A stretch of DNA of 64,000 nt from positions 8,308,001 through 8,372,000 of the forward strand of contig OZ024758.1 of assembly GCA_964016885.1 (NCBI GenBank), in the 5' to 3' direction. Source of the DNA: Eledone cirrhosa (taxonomy: Eukaryota). Below the pieces are notes generated by a model. The model saw nothing but the letters and a program-made list of their open reading frames with translations. It was not told the origin of the DNA and made no database searches. The position numbers were made by a program, and so were the translations under genes. Below are positions 51,701-63,669 of this stretch, piece by piece. How positions within the stretch are numbered: the stretch's first letter is position 1; each line of letters begins with the position of its first letter.

Positions 51701-53351
51701 TCGCGAGATGGAATGGCCTTCCCAGCCTTGCCATCCTCTGGGGAAACGCCTTCTCCATTCTGTCCACCAGGGCCCCGGGGTGGCCAGCACGTAGGACCCC
51801 ATTTGCTCATAATAGACTAAGCAACATTGCCTCGGGTGCAGACCTTAGAATCACAATTACTAAATTGTAAAGGATCACAATTTTATACTACCATATATGC
51901 TCAAATACTAGCCGAGGAATATATGACCAAAAAGAAAAAAAAAAACGATAATAGAAGTAGGGGGTCGGCTTGTATTTAGGGTAAATATTTTGATGATTTT
52001 CACCAACTTCAAATTCTACCTAAATAAGGTTTGGATTTTTGCCCATTTCTCAGACATAAAATAGAGGGTCAACTTATATTCAAGTATATATGGTAATTTA
52101 TATAATTAAATTAAATTTATAATAATTTTCTGCAATAATTAAATAAATCGCTAAATATCTTTGCCATGTAGCAGTGTTGTGAAAATATCCAAGACAGTTG
52201 ATGTGGGTGAGTGTGAACTGTGTAGTAAAAATTGCAGGCTTAGTACTTTCTTTTTTTTAAATTGTAGTCAGAGCAAGAAATGTTAAATTAAGTTCATCAG
52301 CAGACCAAATTGTAAGTAGAAGTTATTTTATTTGGGAGAAGTGGTACACATTGTAGGATTAGCCTAGAGCACTAAACACCCTAAATGTCTGTTTATATCT
52401 AATCAAATTAGATCATTATTAATAATTCTAATTAGTGCCAGATAAATTAGAAATAATTTCCCAATAAACTGTGTCAAATTGTGTTTACATCATTAATGTT
52501 TTAGAGAAAGACATTAACACTGAATCATTTTATTTTTCTGCCTTTATAAACTTGGAACTTAGGCTGTTAAAAAAAAAATCAACTGTTTATCTGAATAAAG
52601 ATTTGATTATTTATACAATAAGTTTTAAATTTTGCAGTTGAACTAATCAAATAGTATGAGATCTGCAGAATAAACAAGGAAATTCTACTAGCCTGAATTC
52701 TCACAATAACAACAAGTATAGCCGGAACAGTCTGGCAATATAAATAATTATATAGTAGATATCTTCGCAGAGAGAGCCAGATAGAATGAAGGTTGAGATC
52801 TACAAAAACTTCAAATCAAATATAAAGAAAAATACTGGAATATGTTGTGACATCGCAGCATAAACATCCAGAGAAACCCTGAAATTTATGAGAACATCTC
52901 TTAAGTACCCCACCATACTGCAGTACACTGTGCTGCAGTATACTGCACCGCATCTCTCTTCTATAAAACTATTTACAACATTAACATTTGCTGCATTTCT
53001 CTAAATATTGATTTCCTTTTACTAGTAAAACATTCAATTTATACAAGGGTGAGCTGAAAAGTTCATAGGCTGACCAAGATACTCACATGGAATGACCAAA
53101 TGTGGTTTATTTTTCAACATAGTCCTTGGAATGAAACAAACATCATCATCATTGATTAATGTCTATCTTCCACGCTAGCATGGGTTAGAAGGGTCCCATT
53201 TAGAGACAAGTTGGGTTGGGTGACCCTGTCTTGCTCATATAGGGGCGTTTCTGGCTGGATGCCCTGGGTCGGATGACCGTGTCTCGCTCATATAGGGATG
53301 TTTCTTGCTGGTTTTCTACGGCTGGATGCCCTTCTTAACGCCAACCACATT

Positions 53352-54801
53352 GACAGTGTGGGCTGGCTGGGTGCTTTTTGACATGTCTTTTACATGTCCA
53401 CTTTACAGTGTGGACTGGGTGCCTTTTGACATGTCTTTTACACATCAACTTTACAGTGTGGGCTGGGTGCCTTTTGACATGTCTTTTACATGTCAACTTT
53501 ACAGTGTGGACTGGGTGCTTTTTGACATGTCTTTTACATGTCCACTTTACAGTGTGGGCTGGGTGCTTTTTGGCATGTCTTTTACACGTCAACTTTACAG
53601 TGTGGACTGGGTGCTTTTTGACATGTCTTTTACATGTCCACTTTACAGTGTGGACTGGGTGTCTTTTGGCTTGTCTTTTACATGTCCACTTTACAGTGTG
53701 GGCTGGGTGCCTTTTGACATGTCTTTTACATGTCCACTTTACAGTGTGGACTGGGTGCCTTTTGACATGTCTTTTACATGTCAACTTTACAGTGTGGACT
53801 GGGTGCTTTTTGACATGTCTTTTACATGTCCACTTTACAGTGTGGGCTGGGTGCCTTTTGACATGTCTTTTACATGTCAACTTTACAGTGTGGACTGGGT
53901 GCTTTTTGACATGTCTTTTACATGTCCACTTTACAGTGTGGGTGGGTGCCTTTTGACATGTCTTTTACATGTCAACTTTACAGTGTGGACTGGGTGCCTT
54001 TTGACATGTCTTTTACATGTCAACTTTACAGTGTGGGCTGGGTGCCTTTTGACATGTCTTTTACATGTCAACTTTACAGTGTGGACTGGGTGCTTTTTGA
54101 CATGTCTTTTACATGTCCACTTTACAGTGAGGACTGGGTGCCTTTTGACATGTCTTTTACATGTCAACTTTACAGTGTGGACTGGGTGCTTTTTGACATG
54201 TCTTTTACATGTCCACTTTACAGTGTGGACTGGGTGCATTTTGACATGTCTTTTACATGTCAACTTTACAGTGTGGACTGGGTGCTTTTTGACATATCTT
54301 TTACATGTCCACTTTACAGTGTGGACTGGGTGCCTTTTGACATGTCTTTTACATGTCAACTTTATAGTGTGGACTGGGTGCTTTTTGACATGTCTTTTAC
54401 ATGTCCACTTTACAGTGTGGACTGGGTGCCTTTTGACATGTCTTTTACATGTCAACTTTACAGTGTGGACTGGGTGCTTTTTGACATGTCTTTTACACGT
54501 CAACTTTACAGTGTGGGCTGGGTGCCTTTTGACATGTCTTTTACATGTCAACTTTACAGTGTGGACTGGGTGCCTTTTGGCATGTCTTTTACACGTCAAC
54601 TTTACAGTGTGGACTGGGTGCTTTTTGACATGTCTTTTACACGTCAACTTTACAGTGTGGACTGGGTGCCTTTTGACATGTCTTTTACACGTCAACTTTA
54701 CAGTGTGGACTGGGTGCCTTTTTGACATGTCTTTTACACGTCAACTTTACAGTGTGGACTGGGTGCCTTTTTGACATGTCTTTTACACGTCAACTTTACA
54801 G
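53352..54801. repeat. 48-bp minisatellite, about 30 copies, grown from SINE B nested in a mariner-like MITE
   Basis: CTTTACAGTGTGG(A/G)CTGGGTGC(C/T)TTTTGACATGTCTTTTACATGTC(A/C)A repeated; explains ORFs 53305..54774 and neighbours. Confidence 0.97.
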
Positions 54802-57558
54802 AGTTGAAATGAAGGCATGAAAGATTTCACAGCACTAACATCACTCCATATTCAGCCTATGAACTGTTCTGCCAACCTTCACACAGAAACATGTACTGTT
54901 CTGTAAATTGACTCAATTTTTACTGATATTCTAAGGACGATGAACAAAGTTGAACCAGTTGGTATTTTAACTCGATCATTAAATACTTCATTTGCGAGCA
55001 ACAACAGCCTTATTAAATACTCGACTACTTTTAACTTTACTTACTGGCCTGTCTTCTGTAATTAATATTAAAAGGTAACTAGCTGAATTAGTCACTGCTG
55101 GTCCACTTTGTAAGAGAGTTAATGCATATTATGTAGAGAAAATGGTGATGGTGGTGGGTAGGTGATGCAAACAATGAGGAAGTTTTCTTTACTTGCTTAT
55201 CAGCTGAGTCAATACAATTATATATAAGAGGGTCGACTGAAAAGTTCATATGCTGACTATGAAGGGCTATGAAATCTTGCATGCATTAATTTTAACTCTT
55301 CTTATTAATAACTGCATTGTTTATTTCTAGGAACTATATTGAAAAATAAACCTCCTTTGTTAATTCCATGAGAGTGTCTTAGTCAGCCTATGAACTTTTC
55401 AGGCAACCCTCGTATATATATTTTTTTTGTTTTCTTTTTACCTGTATGTGTGTTTATTCGTAAACCGAAAGTAAATACTTGATATGAAAATAATTGGGCT
55501 GTATCTAATACAAACAAAACACACTATTAAAGCACTGTTTTGTACATATAAACCCAATTTATGTAATATATATAATTGTTTCTACTTTAGGCACAAAGCC
55601 AGCAATTACCCCAGTGCATTACTGGTACTTTATTTTATCGACCCCGTAAGGATGAAAGGCAAAGTCAACCTTTGTAATATATATATAATGAATATGAAAT
55701 ATTAAAAAGAAACAAATCACTTTTAAAGAGAATAGAAAAGAAAGTAAAAAGAAAAAGAAAGAAGGATCAAGCAAGAAAAGAAACTCGGGCGGACAGACAC
55801 TACACCCAACTCGGGTGGGCGTGCACAGATATATACCCGAGTTTGGGCGGTGGACAGATATATACCCGAGTTTGGTCGGTGCCCCAGCCGCGCTCCGCGG
55901 ATAAAATGGCAAAAGCGTTAGGAAAAAGGAAACAAATTAGAATTAATATAACATTTACTTATTATAAAATGAAAGACACATTAAAAACGTTTTATGCGGA
56001 CATATCAATGTCGGTTGGAATTTAAATCAGTGTGCGACAAGAGGATGGGATCACATATCTAGTCCATTCCTATTGATTTAACCTCTTACATCTTCCCTCG
56101 TCTACTTCTAATATATTGAAGGCATCCAAAGTGTGTCTCTTCACACTTGACTTACTTTAAAATACCCTTCTACTGCCTATTGTATTGTTTTACATCTAAA
56201 AGATCCATGATGAAACCTTTTTTTATAGTAAGTAGCTTTGAAACGGACCCTAATTCTACGACATATACTAAGCTGTTTATTTTCAAGTGTTTATATTTAT
56301 CTTAAAAAAAAAACCTTGCACCTAAATTTATTTATGTGGGTCGGCTGAAAAGTTCATAATCTGACTATGAATGAGTGATGCTAGAGCTGTGAAATCTTGC
56401 ATGCATTAATTTCAACTCTTCTTATTAATAATTGCATTGATTCTTTCCAGAGATTATATTGAAAAATAAACCTTTAATGTAGCTACGTTGAAAGTGTTCC
56501 AACCCGTAACCGTCTCATTTTCTATTCAAATATACATTGAGGACCATAATATCCAATGTGTCTTGTTTTTATTTAATGTTAAGACGGTAATATGTGATTT
56601 CAGCAAGATTTTGGTGGTTATAGTGAATACCATAGGAAATAAATAAGAAAATAATTAGCATTTAATAGTCTTTACCTTTTTATAATGAAAGTAAATAAAA
56701 GTTTTAGTATTGTACATTTCATGTCTCCGTTCAAATTATGACAACCTACATAAATACGTTTGTTTGTAATTATATTTTAATTCTTTAAAAATGTTTAAAA
56801 CAGAAACATTTTAAATTTAAAAAAAAAGTGAACAGTACAATACTAATATTTTTTTTATTGTTGTTGAATAGACAATTGTTCCATTATTTTGATAAGGTAC
56901 TCTGCAATAAAGCCGATTTGACTGCTATTTCTAGCTGTCCGAGTAAAAAAAAAGGGGGTGGGTCTCCGTTTAGACCCATACCAGCTTTAAGAGAGAAGCC
57001 GTATGGTCAAAGACGTTCAAACCGTGGCCATCCCATCTTTTATTTAAAGATACTACAGTGTGATGAGGGTAAATTTAGCTGCTATTTCTAACATGTTGAG
57101 TGACCATTTAAGGCTCCCGTTGCTAACTCGACCATCAACAGTAGTAGGTTTTCACTACGAACATACAAAATATATAGAAAGGGGAAGGGAAAGTTTTATC
57201 GATCATATCTTTCCCTAAACAATTAAAAAAAAAAAAACAACCTATATGGAATGAAGCGGTTCCAAATTGATTAAATTTAAATGATTTCTTTCTTCCGAGT
57301 AAGCTACTGTTCTGCGTGTAAGCAACCTTATTATTATTATTTTGATTCTGAGTTCAAATCCCACCGAGGTTAACTTTGTCTTTCATCCTTAAAGGGGTCG
57401 ATAAAATAAAGTACCAGTAATACACTGAGGTAATTGCTGGCCTTGTGCCAAAAAGTAGAAACAATTATTTTGAAAATGTGAACCCATGCTTAGCAGTTAA
57501 TAACAAAAAAAAAAGGAAAGTCATCCGGTTTCCTGTTAGAAATTCGCTGCTCCCTTCC

Positions 57559-57606
<48 letters not shown>

Positions 57607-57616
57607 CATGAAATCC

Positions 57617-57648
<32 letters not shown>

Positions 57649-58178
57649 TGCATTAAATCTATGGAGCTGTGTGTTTACATTGTTATTTAGCGTTTTCGTT
57701 TAAAATAATTCCTTCCATCTGGCTTTATAATAAAAAGGATTAACAAGATAATAGTAGCAAACATTGCCTCAATAATGAAGGTATAATTCTTCCCACCCAG
57801 CTATATCTCTGCCAAGACAGAGACATGAATGGCTACGCATCAACGCTGGAATAAAGAAAAACAAAACTTATTTATACATTATATATATATATATATTATA
57901 TGTAAGCGTTCTCTATTTCTTAAGGTCCCACGGTTACTAACTATTTCTTGTTTACGTGAGATATAGTTGGATATGAATGTATGCAATGGTAGTGACTGGG
58001 GTGTATAGTATATGGTGGGTGCGAGGAAATGCAGTATAATTTTTAATAATAATAACGACGAGAGAGATGTATGGACATGCCTGCGTGTTTGTTTGGTAAA
58101 TTAATTTAAGAAATTAAACCATTAGGATCGGTTGGGATGCGCTTAAAAACATGAACGTAATATAAAAAGTTAACTTAC

Positions 58179-58243
58179 TTGAGCAGACGAAGTTTAACAG
58201 ATTCAGAACGAATAGTCTCAGAGCGTGGTTTGCCTTGGCACAT
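58179..58243 (-). CDS. MMD: Probable first coding exon of MMD/MMD2 (MCQGKPRSETIRSESVKLRLL)
   Basis: AAAAACA-ATG context, 65 nt, ending AA|GTAAGT (consensus donor). Phase 2 joins the exon starting at 24166 (AA+C = Asn, giving ...RLLNLMNNRAGPG). No upstream in-frame ATG occurs before a TGA. The link across 34 kb is inferred. Confidence 0.55.
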
Positions 58244-58373
58244 TGTTTTTAATGGTGTATAAGAAAAGGGCTGCTTGCTGCTGGGAGTAATAAAACCTCC
58301 GCATGAAAAGTGGACAAAAGAAATATGAGAATTGTATGGAGAACACAAAGTTCTTTTATATTTTATTGGCCAT
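58218..58373 (-). promoter_or_regulatory. Two candidate uORFs upstream of and overlapping the putative MMD start
   Basis: uORF1 at 58373-58356 (MANKI*). uORF2 at 58304-58218 (28 aa) is out of frame and overlaps the ATG at 58243. Confidence 0.4.
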
Positions 58374-59012
58374 TGCTTTCACTTCAACTGTTGCACACAA
58401 ACGCAAGCGATGTGTATGTTGAAAACATATATACGTGTATATCTGTAATATAGCCAAAGATAAATGTATTTATTATGTTTAAGTAAGGAAATTAGTGAAA
58501 CTATATTTGAAAAAAAAAAACAAAAAAACCCCGGTCTCCACTTTCTCACTTAATGAACACTTTCATTCTGTAGATAGTAATGCCGTTACAAACACCTTCT
58601 CATTTGCTAAACAGTCTTTTATATCTGCAGAACAATCAATATTTTTCCTGTTCGTACGACATTTCCAGTCATCACTACCAACAACCACAGCAAAACAGCA
58701 ATTGTAAATCATTTAGCCAATAATAATTATTACTATTTCATTTCTTTTATTCGCCACGGAGATAGTGGATGATTGATTTGTGGCGTGACATAAGCATAAA
58801 ACCACAAAAGGTATGATTTTAAAAATTCGGTAGCTATTTCTAGTAGGTCGTTTGATGGAGCAAAGGCTCGCTAGTTGACTGCTCGCCGTTATCAACCCAG
58901 CCAAGAGCGGCTCTGGTTCTATGAAATAAAACCACCCAGTTTTAAAGGTTTCCAAATTAAATTAAAATCTTACAACATAATTTTATATAAGAACCTCACA
59001 TTAAGGATGGAC

Positions 59013-59440
59013 TCAAAAAGGTTGCATATCCTGAGACCCCCAAAGAGGGTTCGGAAGGGAGCAAACCTTAACTTCATTGAGGAAGGACCTGTATTCAAAC
59101 TCCTTGTTTCGTGCATAAACTTGCACCACCCACAGGGACCTATCTTTCAGCCTAATCTTCAAGAGACAAATCCTCCCCTCTAACGGGATCCAGTCCATAA
59201 TACATTCTAGCATCCAGGGGCTTGTGAGTATCCCCACTCCCCCCTGTGTAGTCATTTCTAGCGCCTCACCTGAATAGTGGAGTTTCCATCCTCCATCCAA
59301 ATCTACAGTATCAGAGCCAAGGAACTTTGTTGAGGAAACCCCGACTATATTTAACCGGTAGCATCTAGCCTCCTCCACTAGTTTCTGCTCCTAACCTGTA
59401 AAAGCTGTAATGTTCCAGGTTCCAGCTGTTATGGACCCTC
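59013..59440 (-). pseudogene. RTE-type LINE apurinic endonuclease fragment
   Basis: GTWNI...YRLNIVGVSSTK..G.....GWKLHYSG....GGVGIL.....RICLLKI......VVQVYA, with an in-frame stop and truncation. Confidence 0.8.
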
Positions 59441-61339
59441 TTTGAGGTCTCAGGGTACGCAACCTTTGTGCACCCATGTCTCCCAGGACAGGTCACAGCC
59501 CCATTGCCAGTTTTTGCGGCATGAAATGGAAACTGCAATATCTTTTTCAAATAGGCCCCTCTTACTCAGGCCTGGACGCGTCCCTTGTTAACCCTCACAA
59601 AGGATGGTGCGGTATGGTTTTTCTTTTCCTTATTATATTGCTGTTTCAGTTTCAGTGGTTTTATTCGCACCAGTCACCAATCTGGTACTTTGTCAAACCC
59701 ACAAAGACCAGGCTTCTTTAGAGGTGGCCTTTACTCACCTCGCCATAGCTACGTCACTGCATTGTGAGAGTTTTTTTGGGGAGCTACAGGTGTCACCATT
59801 GTTCCATCTCCCCTAGTAGTTTACCACTGTTGGTCCGTGGTTGCTTATTTGTCCAGCAGCTACCCACTTATATCGCAATTAGCCATCATATCTGGTGACC
59901 ATATCGCTATCCACCACCTACGACCCCTTTTGAAAGAAAATGTAAAAGGTGGAATGATCATTTGAATGCTTTTATTATAGGTCTGCTTAACCCTCTAGCA
60001 TTTAAATCGGTCGTATCTGGCCAGAATTCTTTCGCCTCTTTCTGTTCAAACCGGCCATAACTGGCCCCTCATACTCACTTTAAGGTATTGTTCTCAAAAT
60101 AAATAATATCAAAATCTCATAGATTCGATATTATGCGAGGTATGTATGTGAGGTAAAACTTTTTCTGTGAAAATACAGTAGTAAATATAGAGTAATGTGA
60201 ATGTTAAAGGGTTAATCAGAGTTTACTAAGACAAAACAACAACAACAGCAACAACTAGGACCAAATCAATATACAGTTAGCACCTAGTTGACAGATCAAG
60301 AAACTTTATGGCAGCTGGTTTCTTTGTCAAAGTCACTTCATTTCCTCATGTTAACATCCCATTTCCCTGCCAATAAAATAAAACTAATCCAAAGTTTGAA
60401 TTAATAAATTATTTCATTTGATATTTTAATAACCCCTTTACAATGATAACAACAATAAAATCTTAATTTTCTCTGATCTCTAGAAAAGTTTTAACCCTTT
60501 AGCATTTACATTATTCTGTATATACTATACTATTGGATTTTCATGGTAAACACTTTACCTTACATAATATCTCACATAATATCGAATCTATGAGATTTTG
60601 ATATTATTTATTTTGAGAACAATACCTTAAAGTCAGTTTGAGGGGCAAGTTACAGCTGATTTGAACAGAAAAAGGTGAGATAATTCTGGCCAGATATGGC
60701 CGGTTTAAATGCTAAAGGGTTAAAGAGTTGCTGCTTAGTCCTGATTCTGATGGTATTAAAACCAATGAGAAACAAATTTCCCCCCCCACCTTGAATAGAA
60801 TGTCAGTCATCACATAAGTTCCCCCTAGGTCAGGACTTTGAGCTAGTTGACCTAAGGAAAGCAGAATACACAACAAAATGCTTGTAGTAGATTTGAACTT
60901 AAGTCCTTTGAAATGGCAGTACAACACTACTCTGACATTTTGTTCACATAATGGTGATGGAAAGGAGAACCCGCTTTTTTTAAGCTGATCTGTAACCAAA
61001 TGAAATAGTATATTCCCATGCTTTCCACAATTAAAGCACAGTCATGTCTAATATATTGTGACCCTCACTCAACCCTGAGTCAGAAGGTTATATATTAGCA
61101 CCTCCACATTAACCTCACACAGTAAACAGCACAAAGGGTTGTTAGTAATTACTGAATTCCACATGAGAAACTGTCATACCATCATACCTTTATAATTACT
61201 ACTAGAACCATCACACTACTACTACCACCACCACCACCACTACCACCACTATTACCACCACTACCACCACTATTACCACTACCACCACCATCACCAGTAA
61301 CATTAACATCAATAATAAACTTACCAGTCTAATCACCAT

Positions 61340-61686
61340 TGGATTGGCAGTATTGGTAGAGAGTCGGACGCCATGCTTTCCAGCACGGTTACGTCCCTTT
61401 ACGGTCTGAGTTCAAATCCCGCCGAGGTTAACTTTGTCTTTTATCCTTACGGGGTCGATAAAATAAAGTACCAGTAATGTACTGGGTAATTGCTGGCCTT
61501 GTGCCAAATGTAGAAACAATTATTATTACTAGTAGGTGGTGGATTGGCATTATTGGTAGAGGGTCGGACGCTGTGCTTTGACGCATAGAGTTACGGCCCT
61601 TTGCGTTCTCTGTTCAAATCCCACCGAGGTTAACTTTGCCTTTCATCTTTACGGGGTCGATAAAATAAAGTACCAGTAATACACTG
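61340..61686 (+). mobile_element. Two tandem SINE family A copies (further + strand copies at about 26592-26750, 42212-42680 and 57345-57467)
   Basis: TGGATTGGCAGTATTGGTAGA...GAGTTCAAATCCC...GTAGAAACAATTATTA, followed by a second copy truncated at its 3' end. Confidence 0.9.
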
Positions 61687-61844
61687 AATAGATATATAGA
61701 TATGTTTCTTTATTAACCACAGGGGCACAAAAGAAGGGGACAAATACAAAGGGGGAAGTTTACATACAATAAAAACGTGTAAAATACTATCACAAATGTA
61801 ATTTAAAAATTAATCGATTTTCCCCAATAGGGGGATACATTTCA

Positions 61845-62011
61845 TATGGGTATATGGTGAACGTTTTGGATGGACAAGGCACAACGGTCAAGTGGTAGTA
61901 GATGACGGAGGCTATAAAAGTGTTCACCACCTCCGCTCGACCTTTCAAGGATAGTTTGCACTCGGTCCATTTCTGGGTGAGTGCAAACACTTTGGCCGTC
62001 GCTGTAGTCAC
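61845..62011 (-). pseudogene. L1/Tx1-type LINE ORF2 fragment
   Basis: QKWTECKLSLKGRAEVVNTFIASVIYYHLTVVPCP resembles the W..LSLxGR..vvN post-RT segment. The adjacent 61695-61757 sequence recurs at 29370-29431. Confidence 0.6.
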
Positions 62012-62320
62012 CTCTACAACCCAGTGGTCACCTCTTGTTGAGCAAGTTGAAACATCAATGCTGTTTTAAACCAATACTTTATTTAGTACTTATACTCAAA
62101 TACTTTCCCAAGATTGAAGAGAATATCTTGTAGTGAATCAATCCTTATAACATGTTAAATAAAATGTACGGAAGATGGAGAGAAATAAATTAACGATGAC
62201 AACAACAACAAGTCAATAGAGAGTAGATATTAAATTCAAACATCAATAACATACAATTTCTCTCCCAATTACAAGAGTTGTTAACAGGAGAGAGAGAGAG
62301 AAATTGTTGGCATAAGATCA

Positions 62321-62374
62321 TTAGAAATTCTTTGGCATCACTTCATTAACTTGCTGCCAACTTTCTAGGAGACC
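62321..62374 (-). CDS. Putative terminal exon of the same unidentified gene (phase 0: GLLESWQQVNEVMPKNF*; if spliced to the 61-nt exon as written: RVS*)
   Basis: Strong acceptor TTTTTTCTTTCCTGCTTCAG, with AATAAA on the - strand near 62080. Confidence 0.4.
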   Translation of the reverse strand, partial: GLLESWQQVNEVMPKNF

Positions 62375-62730
62375 CTGAAGCAGGAAAGAAAAAATAAATT
62401 AATTCAAAGAAAAATAAATATCATTCATGTTCCGTAGTGATTATTAACCTCAGAAGAAATGCCAATCATTTATGTATTACATTGTATCTATAAGCCAGCA
62501 TATGTTTTCTAATTTCTAAGTCATCTTTCTAAGTCCCTCACTACTGTGGACACAACATGGCTAAAAGGTTAAGAAGTTCTCTTCACAATCATTCGGTTCC
62601 AAGTTCAATCCCACCACATGACATTTTGGGAAAGCGTTATTTAACATAGCTTTGTGTCAACCAAAGCCATGTGAATGAAATTTGGTAGACAGAAACTGTT
62701 TGGAAGACTATCAAATTACAGAAACTGTAC

Positions 62731-62791
62731 CTGAATAGCTCGTCTGACCACCTGCTTATCAAATGATATCTACATCTCTTGTGGATTTTAT
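62731..62791 (-). CDS. Putative internal exon of an unidentified upstream gene (61 nt)
   Basis: TTCTCTTCAG acceptor and CAG|GTACAG donor. One frame is open (KIHKRCRYHLISRWSDELF). No family recognised. Confidence 0.4.
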
Positions 62792-62914
62792 CTGAAGAGA
62801 ACATGTTTTGACTTATGTTATACATAAGCCATACATCTTCAAAATACATATAATAAAATAAATAGGGATGGACTAAAGTAACTGTCTTTTGTTTATTATT
62901 ATATATATATATAT

Positions 62915-62945
62915 ACTAGCAGCAGTCCCTGGCGATGCACAGGGT
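62915..62945 (-). mobile_element. Possible Helitron 3' terminus
   Basis: The minus strand reads CCCTG(TGCATCGC)CAGGG hairpin, then 7 nt, then CTAG|T next to (TA)n. Confidence 0.4.
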
Positions 62946-63669
62946 AAGAAATATGAAATAGCAACACACATATGCAAAGATTGAGGAATGTAGCTGTGTA
63001 CTTTTTGAATTTTCAGGGAATGATTGTTCATCTGGATAATTGGGTAATTGCTGGCCTTGTGCCAAAAGTAGAGACAATTATATTATAGTATATCACATAT
63101 TTATGCATATGCATAAAATATACATGTTGTCCTGATAGTAAATTGAAAACCAATGTAATATATCACTATAATAATCAATGTTTTGTAATAAAGCAACAAA
63201 TGGCCCTGGGGAGCATAATGTAATCTTGTTAGATCTTGTCAGATCTTGTCAACTCAATCAATCAACAAACTATTGACAAATTCTAGATTTTCTTTACTGC
63301 AGTATTGTTTGTGTACACGTTTCCATAGAGAAGACAGTTTTAGTTTCATAAGGCTCTATCACAATTTTGATTTTTAAATGTGTATTTGTGTAATAATTTG
63401 ATAATGTATGAAAAATTATATGAATGATTGGAGTATTTATCATTAAAACAGCTGAGAAACCTTCAATGTGATGTAACCTAGAAGAAGACCAGCGTAGTCT
63501 AGGTTACATCACAGTGTGAACTATCTATTTTTTTAATATGTGAACCATCTATTTTTTAAATTTCAATATATGAAAACATCTCTGCATATTAGTATAGTTA
63601 ATACAAAGCATTGTGAGATATGTAATAAATGACCGATAAGTTTCAGAATAAAAACAATGCCAATCTCCA

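Noticed and set aside
53305-54774. 489-aa and overlapping repetitive ORFs
   Set aside because: They are translations of a 48-bp satellite, open in several frames on both strands, with frameshifts. The DNA derives from a SINE.
53352-54801. CRISPR-like appearance of the regular arrays (also 31767-32259, 2119-2606 and 10978-11206)
   Set aside because: The units are head-to-tail with no unique spacers, there are no cas genes, and the context is eukaryotic.
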